Source: an uncultured Bacillota bacterium
GTDB lineage: Bacteria > Bacillota > DTU025 > MWDF01
Length of the DNA: 64,000 nucleotides
Reading direction: 5' to 3'
Assembly (NCBI GenBank): GCA_963823655.1
Contig: CAWGMK010000004.1
Coordinates: 64,001-128,000 of the forward strand
Part shown: in pieces, positions 25,624 to 36,056 of the stretch
Position numbering within the stretch: the stretch's first letter is position 1
Layout: every line of letters begins with the position of its first letter
Program-made: the position numbers and the translations under genes
Notes under the pieces: model-generated
The model's database searches: none
Told to the model about the DNA's origin: nothing
The model's input: only the letters and a program-made list of their open reading frames with translations

Positions 25624-26337
25624 ATGATGGATACGATACTATTCGACTTGGACGGCAGCTTGCTGCCCATGGATCAGGACGCCTTCGTCAAAGCATATTT
25701 CAAGCAGCTGGCATTGAAGCTCTCCCATTACGGCCACACTCCGGAGAAGCTGATAAAGGGCGTTTTATACGGTACGGATGCGATGTTGGCAAACGACGGC
25801 TCCATGACCAACGAGGCGAGGTTCTGGATTGCCTTTGAGCAGGTTATGGGAGATGGAATACGCTCGCAGGAGGGCCATTTCGAGGACTTCTACCGAAACG
25901 AGTTCAACGGTGTGAAGGAACACACCCAGCCTTCGCTGCTTGCCGACCTGATCATCAAGTCCGCAAAGCGGAAAGGCTACCAGCTGGTGCTTGCCACAAA
26001 CCCCATATTCCCCCAAGTGGGCACATACGCCCGCATGGGATGGGCGGGGCTTGACCCTTCGGATTTCTCGCTGGTTACGACTTATGAGGCATTTTGCAGC
26101 TGCAAGCCCAATCTCGCCTACTACCGCGAGGTGCTGGCCAAGATTGGCTCACAGGCTGCTAACTGCCTGATGATAGGCAATGACGTCAAGGAGGATATGT
26201 GCGCCGCCGAAATTGGCATGGACGTATTCCTGCTCACCGATTGCCTAATCAACAAGGAGGGCAAGGATACCTCAGCTTACAGGAGCGGAAGCATGGCGGA
26301 CCTGTTTGATTTCATCGAAGCGCTGCCTCAGCTTTAG
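25624..26337 (+). CDS. HAD-family hydrolase
   Basis: FDLDGSL, LATNP, KP, MIGND...D motifs. Confidence 0.9.
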   Translation: MMDTILFDLDGSLLPMDQDAFVKAYFKQLALKLSHYGHTPEKLIKGVLYGTDAMLANDGSMTNEARFWIAFEQVMGDGIRSQEGHFEDFYRNEFNGVKEHTQPSLLADLIIKSAKRKGYQLVLATNPIFPQVGTYARMGWAGLDPSDFSLVTTYEAFCSCKPNLAYYREVLAKIGSQAANCLMIGNDVKEDMCAAEIGMDVFLLTDCLINKEGKDTSAYRSGSMADLFDFIEALPQL

Positions 26338-26342
26338 CCCTT

Positions 26343-27458
26343 CTAAAGCTTCACGCTGATCAGCTCGTCCGAATCCAGGACGAGGATTCCGCCCGGGACG
26401 CTGAATATGTCCACATTCCCGTTTGCCCCGGGTACGCTTATCTTCGCTTTTTCGGATAAGGTCATCCCCAAGAATGGATGATCCCATCCTCCACCGGCAC
26501 ATAGAACCCGCCCGGCGCCTTTATGGGCTTGCCTGTAGCCTTCTCGGACAAACGCCCGCTAAGCTTGACCTTGCCTGATTTTGCGTCTATAAGGCTAAGC
26601 CCGGTGCGATCCTCTTCTATTAGCAGCAAGGCCCCATCATTGCCCAAAACCAGGAATGACGGCAGCTTCGATTGCAATCTCCAGGCAACGTCGTTGGGCT
26701 TCTCTGTCGACCATGACAGAAGCCCTGCATTGGCGTCCGCTAGGACCACCTGATCGGGGCCAGTCACGACCGCAAATTCAATATTGATGTCCGGTATCGG
26801 GGGCTTTGGCATGACGTGGTTCAAGTAGCTTACGACTGAGCCATCTGCGAGGCTTACCAGGTTAATGAACTCGAAGCCGATTGTAACGTCTGTTTCGAAC
26901 ATCCTTATCATTTTGCCTATGGTTAGTACTTTGTCCTGATCCATGAATTCCAGGAACCGAACCGGCCCCGGCCTTACGGGAAATCAGGTAGAGCAGTCAT
27001 AGGATGGGGTTGTCTGATTCTCGGGGTAGTGCTCCCACAGAAGCTCCCCATCGCCGCTGAAGGCCTGCGTTCCGTATCCGGTGCCCATTATTATCGCCCC
27101 GTCCGGCGTTGGCATTATGGAATAAATCTGAGCGTTCGCCTCGAACGCACACTCCAGTCAGCCATCTACTCCCAGTTTCGTAAGTTGTGACCCGTATGCC
27201 GCGAATACCTCGCCTTTGGGGCCGAATGCCAAAAGCTCCACATCGGCCGGGGCCTCCCAGTACCACGACTCCTGCCCGTCCTTGCCGATTGCGATCACCT
27301 CGGCGTCTGTTCCCACTACGACGGAGCCGTCGCCAGAGACCGCAATGCAGTTGGCCTCGACCTTATATCTCCAGCTTATCGAGGCTGCTTCGGCGGCTGC
27401 AGTCAGCGCTTGCCGCGAATACAAGCAGCATAATCGCTGCAATCATAAGTCTTTTCAA
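26343..27458 (-). CDS. Secreted beta-propeller (PQQ-like repeat) protein, multiple frameshifts
   Basis: GGAGG + TTG start, signal peptide, Trp-ended blades (SWRYK, GQESWYW, GLLSWS, SGKVK) spread over ORFs 27158-27442 and 26462-26944. Confidence 0.55.
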
Positions 27459-27554
27459 AATGCGGCTCACCTCCGTTCCTACAACGATGCTTTTATACCG
27501 AGATATTACTTTATCGCTGACCCTTTCTCAACTATAGCCCATGCTTTACGGATA

Positions 27555-28865
27555 TCAGGACTTGGCGCCTTCTGCGTTGTTGATTTTCCTCGCGTTCTCC
27601 TCGATGTTCATGATCTGGGGAATCGACGCTACCAGCAGGCTTAGCAAAATGCATATGGCACCTGCCATCACATACCATATCCGGTTTCCGAACGCATCCG
27701 ATACCGGACCGGCGATCAAAAGGCTCAAAGGCATCATGGCAGCCGCCCCCGCGTTGATTATCGAGAAGACGCGCCCCTGCATGTCCTGATTCACAGTTGA
27801 TTGTATGATGGCGATAACCGGACCGTTGCAGAATACCTGCATGAAACCTGTAATGAAGCAGCCCGCCAGAAGCCCCATATACAATGACACCGGCGATAGC
27901 CCCATGAGCATGACGCCGACTCCCATGCCAAGCAAACCAAGCAATGTCGTCCTTATCCTCTTCTTGAAGCCGCCCCAGGCAGAAAGTATCGCACCTCCCA
28001 CAATTGCGCCGATTCCCATCGCAGTCTCCGTCCACGCAAGCTCGATTGCCCCCAGCCCGAAGTCCTTCGTAACCAGCAGCGGCATTAGCGAACCGACGGG
28101 GGCGAACAGGAAGTTCAACAGCATCGCGAACATGATGAGCCCAAGAAGACCCGACCAGCTGCGGATGTACTTCAGGCCTTCAAACAAGTCATGGAAGTAT
28201 GTCGTGCGCGCAACATCCCCGCGCATCTGCGCAACCTGGCGCGGAGGCGACGGTATCTGCACGACTAATAATGTGAGCACTGCGAAGAACGCGGTGCCGA
28301 GGTCTATGGCAAGGACTCCTTGCGTCGGCAGCACCATGATGAGAAGTGCGCCCAGCGGCGGGGCGATTATCGCCATGATCCCCTGCAGGGCCTGGTTGAG
28401 GCCCCCTACCCTGGTAAGATGCCTCTCGGGTACAAGAAGGCTCGTGGACGCTATCATCGCCGGCTGATGGAAAGCGCCTCCAAGAGAGCGGATCATGAGG
28501 ATGATGAACACATGCCATATCTGCACGGCATCGAGCATGAACAGGATCATGAGCACACCGGTGGCAACGGCCACGGACGTGTCGGCGACTATCATTATCA
28601 TGCGCCTGTTAAGCCTGTCTACAAGCGGGCCTATGAAGGGCGCAGCCACTATCTGGGGAAGCACCGCCATTATCGTTGCCGTCGCCAATACTGTCGCAGA
28701 GCCCGTCTTCTGGGTCAGCCACCACACCAGGGCGAACTGGACCAGGGATGAGCCCAAAAGCGAAAGCGCCTGGCCGATCCAAATGAGGAAAAACCTGCCC
28801 GCCCACCGTTCGTCCGGAATACCCTGCCCTATGCTCATCTGCGGCTCTCCTTTTCGATAAGGCAT
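27555..28865 (-). CDS. MFS transporter (DHA3/Mef-like)
   Basis: WIGQALSLLGS, GPLVDRLNRR, QGRVFS; about 12 TM segments. Confidence 0.9.
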   Translation of the reverse strand: MPYRKGEPQMSIGQGIPDERWAGRFFLIWIGQALSLLGSSLVQFALVWWLTQKTGSATVLATATIMAVLPQIVAAPFIGPLVDRLNRRMIMIVADTSVAVATGVLMILFMLDAVQIWHVFIILMIRSLGGAFHQPAMIASTSLLVPERHLTRVGGLNQALQGIMAIIAPPLGALLIMVLPTQGVLAIDLGTAFFAVLTLLVVQIPSPPRQVAQMRGDVARTTYFHDLFEGLKYIRSWSGLLGLIMFAMLLNFLFAPVGSLMPLLVTKDFGLGAIELAWTETAMGIGAIVGGAILSAWGGFKKRIRTTLLGLLGMGVGVMLMGLSPVSLYMGLLAGCFITGFMQVFCNGPVIAIIQSTVNQDMQGRVFSIINAGAAAMMPLSLLIAGPVSDAFGNRIWYVMAGAICILLSLLVASIPQIMNIEENARKINNAEGAKS

Positions 28866-28890
28866 TCTTCTACAAAGCTTGCAGCCTGCC

Positions 28891-29274
28891 CTAGGAAATC
28901 CTGTCCGCTAACGCCTCTTTTAATTTCGGGTCGATATCCAGAATTCCTTTAACCCTTATGGATTCGATCACTTCCCTGGCAAGACCCGGCTCTATATCCC
29001 GGGCAAGGCGCAGCAGCCCGATAATAGTCAGCTTCAGGCGCTCGTTTCTCGCCTTGTAGCCTTCAAGCTCGGCTTTTGAGTACACAAGCACACCGACTAC
29101 AAATGATGAGCGGCGTATCGCCTGCTGCAGCTCCATGTCATGCCGTTCCAGCTGATTGCGTATCGCGGTCCTTATGAAGTCCGTGCGGTTGGAGTAAAGG
29201 GCCTCCTGGACAAGAAGGTCCACTTTGCCAAGGTCCACCGCCGACATATTGATAGTTACTTTCTCAGTATCCAT
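28891..29274 (-). CDS. CopG/ribbon-helix-helix transcriptional regulator
   Basis: EKVTINM..VDLGKVDLLV...YSNRTDFIRTAIR RHH pattern. Confidence 0.8.
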   Translation of the reverse strand: MDTEKVTINMSAVDLGKVDLLVQEALYSNRTDFIRTAIRNQLERHDMELQQAIRRSSFVVGVLVYSKAELEGYKARNERLKLTIIGLLRLARDIEPGLAREVIESIRVKGILDIDPKLKEALADRIS

Positions 29275-29307
29275 GGGTTTCCCTCCGCGATGTAAATGCT
29301 AAAATAA

Positions 29308-29361
29308 CATCCATATACCATCCACATGGCTGATATTCTCATGAATATCCCGTTATGTCAA
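29308..29361 (-). promoter_or_regulatory. Promoter and candidate RHH operator for copG-MFS
   Basis: TTGACA at 29356-29361 (minus); TGGATG direct repeat with 11-bp period at 29308-29324. Confidence 0.5.
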
Positions 29362-29535
29362 GCGTCGCAAATGCAAGCCCAAGTGACGGCTTCAATACCA
29401 TAAAGGACCATTGCAAAGCCGCATAACCGGCAAAATGCCCTATCCTATGGATTTTCCTGCCATATTGCGTCCATTTTAGAGGAGTTCTTGTAAAACGTGT
29501 CCAATTGGTATTTAGTACAGGAAAGGAGCATATGC

Positions 29536-30186
29536 ATGAAGCTTACTCGTATAGCATTGGCAGCGCTGTTAGTACTGGTTGCGTTGTTATCTGCAGGCTG
29601 CATGAAGACATGGTCATTAGACTTCACCAATAATACGGGCGGTTGGAATTCCCTAATAGGTTGGGAAGACCCCGGAATCAACTCGTGCGGCGATTACGGC
29701 CTGCTCCTAAGCGGCGTAACCTTGATGGGAAACTACGGTTTCACAGGCAATGTCGAATACTCTGTGACTTTCGATCTTGATGTGGCGCCCGGCAACGAGT
29801 TGGAAAAGTTTGAGATCTACCTGGGAAACGGGACTGACCCCGCGGCGCAGTTTCTCAAGGTGAAATTCGAACAGGTGGGCAACAGCTCCAGCGAGTACTA
29901 TGCCATGTTCGACAACGGCACTAAGATCCACGATGCCATCTATATCCCGGGAACAGTCTATAGCGGAAGCAATACCGTCAAGATCGTGGTGGAGGAGGGC
30001 TTTGTGTCCTTCTACATGAACAACGCGGTGCTTTATGAGGACTACGCTATCGGCAATTACTCTGCCCCGTTCCTGGTTCCATACGTGTTCGTCCAGCAGG
30101 GCTCCCCTGAGGAAGATGAGGAGCTGCTGATGCTCAAGAGCCTGAAAGTGAAATATTCGGGAGATAAGCAGAGCATGTTCACCTAA
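29536..30186 (+). CDS. Lipoprotein, beta-rich (ConA/lectin-like fold suspected)
   Basis: Lipobox LSAGC; alternating beta-strand pattern; paralogous to 40867-41572 and 41766-42464. Confidence 0.7.
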   Translation: MKLTRIALAALLVLVALLSAGCMKTWSLDFTNNTGGWNSLIGWEDPGINSCGDYGLLLSGVTLMGNYGFTGNVEYSVTFDLDVAPGNELEKFEIYLGNGTDPAAQFLKVKFEQVGNSSSEYYAMFDNGTKIHDAIYIPGTVYSGSNTVKIVVEEGFVSFYMNNAVLYEDYAIGNYSAPFLVPYVFVQQGSPEEDEELLMLKSLKVKYSGDKQSMFT

Positions 30187-30219
30187 CAAGAGCGCAAAAC
30201 AAGCATTCCTCCTTCAGCA

Positions 30220-30248
30220 CAAAGCCGGCCCTTAAAAGGCCGGCTTTG
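30220..30248. terminator. Bidirectional terminator between convergent genes
   Basis: CAAAGCCGGCC / GGCCGGCTTTG perfect inverted repeat. Confidence 0.8.
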
Positions 30249-30275
30249 CAATACAGTATGGTATCAGGCTTATCT

Positions 30276-31622
30276 CTAGTGGTCAGTGGACCCTGTGAAG
30301 TTGAACTTGGCGACCTTTATTGCCGGCACCATATACCCGCTTGGTATGTTGGAATTGCCGCCGTACAGCTTCCTCTTTGAGCTGATGAGCTCTACGCTTC
30401 TGAACACGCCGTCCAGTATGGAATCCGTGAAGCGCAGGTTCCTGAGCGGCTTCGTGATGACGCCGTTTTCAATGAGGAAAGTGCCGTCCTTGGTCATGCC
30501 TGTGAACATCGTCTTTATCGGATGTATCGGGTTCACATAGTGGAACCTCGTAACATATATGCCCCTCTTGGTGGCCTTTATCATCGATTCGATGTCGGAA
30601 TTGCCCCCAGCGAGCCTCAGGTGCATGGCCTGGTTTGCGAACATCACGCCCGGCGGCATCGCATGTCCCGTCGACTTGGTGCCCGCAAGCATTGCCGAAG
30701 ACGAGTCGAACAGCATCCCTGCCATAACCCCGTCTTTAATGATCTGCACCCTTTCGCGCGGCGTTCCCTCATAGTCGAAGGGCATCTGTATCGTGTCCGA
30801 TTCCAGCCCGTCATCCTCGATGCTTATAAGCGGGCTGGTCACCTGCTGGCCCATGCGCCCTGACGCGAAGCTCTTGCCCTCGTAGTAGCTCATGCCGTTT
30901 ATGCCGCACATCGCAAGTACGTTTAGCATCGTGTCAACCGCGTTCGACTCGAATACCACTTCATACTCGCCCGCCTCTATTGGCTGCGGGTTTGCGCTTC
31001 TTACGCACTTGTCCACCGCAGTGCCTGCGACTGCCGCGAAATCCAGGTCCTTCACATCAACCGAGACCTGGTCGCTGAGGCCCGTGCCGCCTGCGGCGCT
31101 CATCGCAACGACCTTGTAGTAGGCGGCAGTGCCCAGATTGTAAGCAAGCACCCCTTTGGTGTTCGCAACCAGCGTACCCGTCTCAGCGGCCCTCACGGTC
31201 CCGCTTGCAATGACTCCCGCGGCATCAGCCTTGCTTATCGCGACTCCCGCCGCCTCCGCTATGTCATAAGGCGAGAACTTCGCAGTAGATTCCCTGTATG
31301 AGTCCACCTTCTTGTACTCTGACGGCCCGGGCATCCCCGCATAGCTTGGGCTGTCCGGCAGCTCGCTGGCGATCGCGTTCGCCCTAACAAGCGCCGATTG
31401 CAGGTCCTCGAGGTGGTTGGTCCTTACGACGCCCACCTTCTTGCCCCTTGCCACCCTTATGGTGAAGTCTGTGTTGGACAGCACGCTGTTCTGGTGGATT
31501 TCGGAGTTGGAGAAGCGCGCAAGCTTTACATCGGAGTCCACTGCGACTACATCGACTTCAGCGCCCTTGATCCCCCTTAGGACGTCCAGGACGGCCCTTT
31601 CTATCCTTTCCCTTCCTACCAT
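30276..31622 (-). CDS. TldE/PmbA family protein
   Basis: RFSNSEIHQN, PFDYEG, STGHA, RGIYVTRFHY, TGMTKDGTFLIENG; no HExxH. Confidence 0.88.
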   Translation of the reverse strand: MVGRERIERAVLDVLRGIKGAEVDVVAVDSDVKLARFSNSEIHQNSVLSNTDFTIRVARGKKVGVVRTNHLEDLQSALVRANAIASELPDSPSYAGMPGPSEYKKVDSYRESTAKFSPYDIAEAAGVAISKADAAGVIASGTVRAAETGTLVANTKGVLAYNLGTAAYYKVVAMSAAGGTGLSDQVSVDVKDLDFAAVAGTAVDKCVRSANPQPIEAGEYEVVFESNAVDTMLNVLAMCGINGMSYYEGKSFASGRMGQQVTSPLISIEDDGLESDTIQMPFDYEGTPRERVQIIKDGVMAGMLFDSSSAMLAGTKSTGHAMPPGVMFANQAMHLRLAGGNSDIESMIKATKRGIYVTRFHYVNPIHPIKTMFTGMTKDGTFLIENGVITKPLRNLRFTDSILDGVFRSVELISSKRKLYGGNSNIPSGYMVPAIKVAKFNFTGSTDH

Positions 31623-33065
31623 TTGCCAACACCTACTTTCACGTTCCTGAACCTTGCGGGCGCACAGCCGTGCCCTACGTGGGCCACTTGCATGGGCTCG
31701 CCCTTTCCGCAGTTGGGAACGCCCCAAAGCACCCATTCGGACTCGTTCGCCACGCCGTCGCAGCTTCCCCAGAACTCCGGGGTCTTGCCGGTGTAGGTCG
31801 GGTTCTTGACTAATCCCGTAACCTTGCCGCCTTTGATGCGCCAGCCTATCTCGCAGCCGAACTGGAAATTGATCCTGGTATCGTCAATGCTCCAGCTCTT
31901 GATGCCTGTCATCATCACGCCGTCCTCGGTGCCTGCTATCAGCGACTCCAGGGTCTCGTCCCCAGAGGCGAGGCAGACATTGGTCATCCTAACCATGGGA
32001 GTCTTTGACCAGCCGTCGGCCCTCATCGTGGCGTTCGACTGCTGGCCGATCCTGCCCGCCCACTCGCGCCCGGTAAGATAGCCCACGAACTCGCCCTTTT
32101 CGACCAGCGCCGTCCTGCATGAGGGCACGCCCTCGTCGTCGTAGGCGTATGTGCCAAGGCCCTTGGGAGTGGTGCTGCACTGGTAGAGGTTCACCTTATC
32201 GGAGCCGTAGCGGAAGCCCGAGCCCAGCTTGTCAGTCGTAAGGAAGCTAGTGCCTGCATATGCCGCCTCGGTGCCGAACACCCTGTCGAGCTCGACCGGA
32301 TGCCCGCAGCTTTCATGTATCTGCAAGGCTAGCTGCTCAGGAAGCAGAATCAGAGTCATTTCGCCTGACGGGCACTGCTCGGCCGTCAGAAGCGCCACCG
32401 CCTCCTCAGCCGCCTTGACCGCGCCCTTCTCCAGGTCCTGCTCCAGCACATATTCATAGCCCGCCTGGCCGAAATTGCCGCCGAAGGATCCCGGGTAGGA
32501 CCTAATCTGCATATCCCCGTCGCCTATTGCGGTGCAGGATACGCTGCCTCCCGAATTCCGTGAACTCCTGCTCAATTCTCGCGCCTTCAGTCGACATGAA
32601 GAGCTTGCTCTCGGTAAGGAAGCTCAAGTTCGCCATGACGAGCTTAACCTTAGGAGACACAGCCATCGCGGCTTTTGACGCCCTTACCAGAAGGTCCACT
32701 TTATCCTTTATCGGCACTTCGAACGGGTCGGTGTGGACGGGCGCCTTCCAGTAGTGCGCCTCTCCGTGGTATTCCCCGATGAGAGCCTCGTGCTTTGTGA
32801 AAGGCTTGGCTGCCTTTGCGTATTCCACCGCCAGCTCTGCGGTCTTCGCTACTTCCTCTGCCGTGAAGATATTCGAGGCGGCGAAACCCCAGGCGCCTGC
32901 TACCAGCACCCTTATGCCGTAACCTTCGTCGTTGCCGTTGGTGATGCGTTCCAAAGAGCCGTTCCTAACTAATAACCCCTGAGTCCTCCTGCTCACTTTT
33001 CTCACGTCTGCGTAGGAGGCCCCAAGCTGGCTTGCGCGTTCCAGGGCCTTTTCCAAAAGGTACAT
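31616..33065 (-). CDS. tldD: TldD metalloprotease (frameshift near 32550)
   Basis: GIRVL..GAWGFA, HESCGH zinc motif, YDDEG, RMTN, NCGKG.P.Q. Confidence 0.88.
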
Positions 33066-33966
33066 CGAACCTCTCCTTTCTCGACTTGCGGTAATCTCCG
33101 TACTGGCAGACGCCCACCGCCGCCAGGATCAGGAATGCCCCGGTCCACTGCTTGAAGCTCAAAGCTTCCCCCAGCAGCAGCCAGGCGAACAGCACGCCTA
33201 CTATCGGTTCCGTCTGCATTATAATCGCGGCCCTTACTGCGGGCACGTATCTTTGGGCAATCGTCTGCACCAGGAAACAGACTGCCGTCGCCATTATCCC
33301 CAGGTACAGGATTATCAGCCACGTGCTGGTTGTGAAATCCTTGATCTGCCCGAGCTTGGGGGCAGAAGTTGCCAGCGCAAGCAAGCCGATCCAGATGAAC
33401 TGCGCCATCGAAAGGAGCATGCCGTTGAGCCTTGGCGAATACTTTTCCAGAAGCACTATCTGGAAGCCGAAGCACAGAGCGCAGGCAAGCACGTACATGT
33501 CGCCAATGGACGGCAGCTGCCAGCCGTTCAAAGACAGCAGGCCGAGGCCGATCACAGCAATGCCTACTCCCACCCACGAATACCATTCCGGGTTCTTCTT
33601 CAATATGTAAGGGGAGAGCATCGGAGTGAATACTACCGCAAGGCCTGTAATAAAGCCGGTTTTGGAGGCGGTGGTAAGGCTAAGGCCGATGGTCTGCATG
33701 ACGAAGCCCATGTAGATGAATATGCCAAGAACTGCTGCCGATCTCCAGGTCTCGCCGCCCATATGCTTGAGAAGGCCCCTCCTCCAGCAGACGAAGGTGA
33801 CAATGATTGCCGCGATTATCATCCTGAGGGCGATTAGGAGTACGGGATCTACGGTCTTCACGGTGTTCTTGACAATGGCAAATGTCGTCCCCCAGATGAT
33901 GCAAATCATCACGAGGGCCAGGTCCGCCGCCAGATTCCTCTTGGTGAAATCGGACTTGCCTTCCAT
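32965..33966 (-). CDS. EamA/DMT family transporter (3' end may be extended by an indel)
   Basis: IWGTTF, QTIGL..TTASKTGFITGL, two EamA repeats. Confidence 0.9.
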   Translation of the reverse strand: MEGKSDFTKRNLAADLALVMICIIWGTTFAIVKNTVKTVDPVLLIALRMIIAAIIVTFVCWRRGLLKHMGGETWRSAAVLGIFIYMGFVMQTIGLSLTTASKTGFITGLAVVFTPMLSPYILKKNPEWYSWVGVGIAVIGLGLLSLNGWQLPSIGDMYVLACALCFGFQIVLLEKYSPRLNGMLLSMAQFIWIGLLALATSAPKLGQIKDFTTSTWLIILYLGIMATAVCFLVQTIAQRYVPAVRAAIIMQTEPIVGVLFAWLLLGEALSFKQWTGAFLILAAVGVCQYGDYRKSRKERFDVPFGKGPGTRKPAWGLLRRREKSEQEDSGVIS

Positions 33967-34095
33967 GTCGAAAACCCGCAATCCAAAAAGATAGTAAGAA
34001 CATTCTAACAGTTAGATGTTACGGGCGTAACCCCTTGCGGGCGATTTTATGCACTCGTGTATATTCCTTGGCCGAAACCCTCCGTAGCCCCGCCC

Positions 34096-36056
34096 CTAGA
34101 TGCCCGCGGTCAGCGCCTCATGCCTTCTGAACTGGCTTGCGTACAGGTTGTAGTAGAAGCCCTTCGCGTCCATAAGCTGGCTGTGGTCTCCCCTCTCGAT
34201 GATCTGCCCGCCCTTTATGACCAGTATCTCGTCGGCGCCTTTGATGGTGCTGAGCCTGTGCGCGATGACGAAGCTGGTCCTGCCCTTCATGAGCTCCAGC
34301 ATCGCCTTTTGTATGTGCACCTCGGTCCTGGTGTCGACGCTGCTTGTGGCCTCGTCCAGTATCAGTATGGAGGGGTCTGCGAGTATCGCCCTTGCGATTG
34401 CGAGAAGCTGCCTCTGCCCCTGGCTGAGATTGCCCCCGTCCTCGTTAAGCACGGTGTCGTAGCCCTCGGGAAGTCGCCTTATGAAGGTGTCGGCGTTGGC
34501 GGTTTTAGCAGCCGAGATGACTTCATCGTCGGTTGCGTCCAGCCTGCCGTACCTGATGTTCTCCTTTACCGACTCCGAGAAGAGGTAGGTGTCCTGGAGC
34601 ACTATGCCAACAGAGCGCCTCAGGCTCTCCCTGTCCAGCCTTCTTATATCGGTCCCGTCGACTTTTATGCTGCCATCGTCCACGTCATAGAAGCGCATGA
34701 GAAGGTTCACGACCGTAGTCTTGCCGGCCCCCGTCGGCCCGACCAGGGCCACTGTCTTGCCTGCTTTCGCATCGATGTCGATGTCCTTGAGCACAGGCAC
34801 GCCCTTTCGGTATGAGAAGTCCACGCCCTCCAACCGGACGTCTCCGGTAACGTCCTCTATCATGAGGCGCTCCTGTGAGTCGTCCCTCTCGTTCTGCTCG
34901 TCCATGACCTCGAAGACGCGCTCGGCCCCCGCAATCGCGGACTGAAGCTGGTTGTACTGGTTGGCGATCTCGTTTATGGGCCTTGCGAACTGCCTTGCGT
35001 AGTTCAAAAAGCTTGCCACCAGGCCCACCGTTATCGCAGCCTTGATGACCAGCATTCCTCCTGCTACTGCGACCAATGCATAGCTGAGGTTGTTGACAAC
35101 TATCATTATCCTTGGCACCATGCCGGAATATATCTGGGCCCAGAGGCCGGATTTCCTGAGCTTCTCGCTTATCCGCTCGAACTCGGCCTCAAGAGGCGCT
35201 TCCCTGCTGAAGGCCTTTACGACCTTCTGGCCCGAGACCGTCTCCTCTATGAAGCCGTTGAGCTCGCCCAAATCCCTCGCCTGGGCCGAGAAGTAACGCC
35301 TGGTGCGCTTTGCGATAAGCGTCGTGAAAAGTATGCTTAGAGGTATTGCGATAAGGCTTATGAAGGTGAGAAGCGGGCTCAGCCAAAGCATCATGGCAAG
35401 GGACCCACCACCGTTACCGCGCTTGAGAACACCTGCGTAACCCCCTGGGAGAGGGCGTTGTTGATGTTCTCCACGTCGTTTATAAGCCTGCTCATGAGCT
35501 CGCCGTGCGGGCGGCGGTCGAAGTAGGGCACAGGAAGCTCCTGCACCTTGTCGAACATGTCCTTCCTCAGCTCCCTTACCGTCTTCAGCGCCACATCGGA
35601 CATGATGTAAATGGTGAGCCAGGAGGCGAAGGCGGCCGCAAGGTAGATGGCAATCAGTATTGCCGCAAGGTCGAATATCAGGTCGAAGTCCACATTGCCA
35701 AGGCCCTTGGTCATGGCGTCCACGCCCCTGCCTATTAGGTAAGGGCCGGCAAGCGACAGCAAGGAGCTCGTCAATGCGAGCAGGAAGACGATTATCAGGC
35801 GGGATCTCTGCTTCTTAAGATAGCCCCATATCCTTCTGAGGGTGCCTTTTGTGTCCTTCGCCTTGGAGGCCTCGCTCATGAACCGCCTGCCGGGGCCCCC
35901 GCCGAAGCCGGGGCCGCCGCCCATTCCGGGCCTTGGCATCACCGGCTGCTGAACAGGGTTCGCAGGACCGCCCTTGGCGTAGGACTTGGCTGCGCCCGGC
36001 TGGCCGTTCGCTTCAATGTTAGCCGCGGGTTTTGCCCTGTCCCTGCTTTCCATCAC
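34096..36056 (-). CDS. Heterodimeric ABC exporter, consensus-site subunit (frameshift near 35405)
   Basis: GPTGAGKT, LSQGQ, DEATSSVD, IAHRL. Confidence 0.9.

Noticed and set aside
27555-28865. Calling the MFS a macrolide resistance gene (mefA)
   Set aside because: Only family-level resemblance; no msr partner or mobile context.
30276-33966. TldD/PmbA + EamA as a RiPP (microcin-like) cluster
   Set aside because: No precursor peptide, YcaO or other modification enzyme nearby; TldD/E pairs are common housekeeping genes.
33985-34095. Possible riboswitch upstream of the EamA gene
   Set aside because: No recognisable aptamer consensus; region is explained by an extended -10 (TGtTAGAAT) close to the start.
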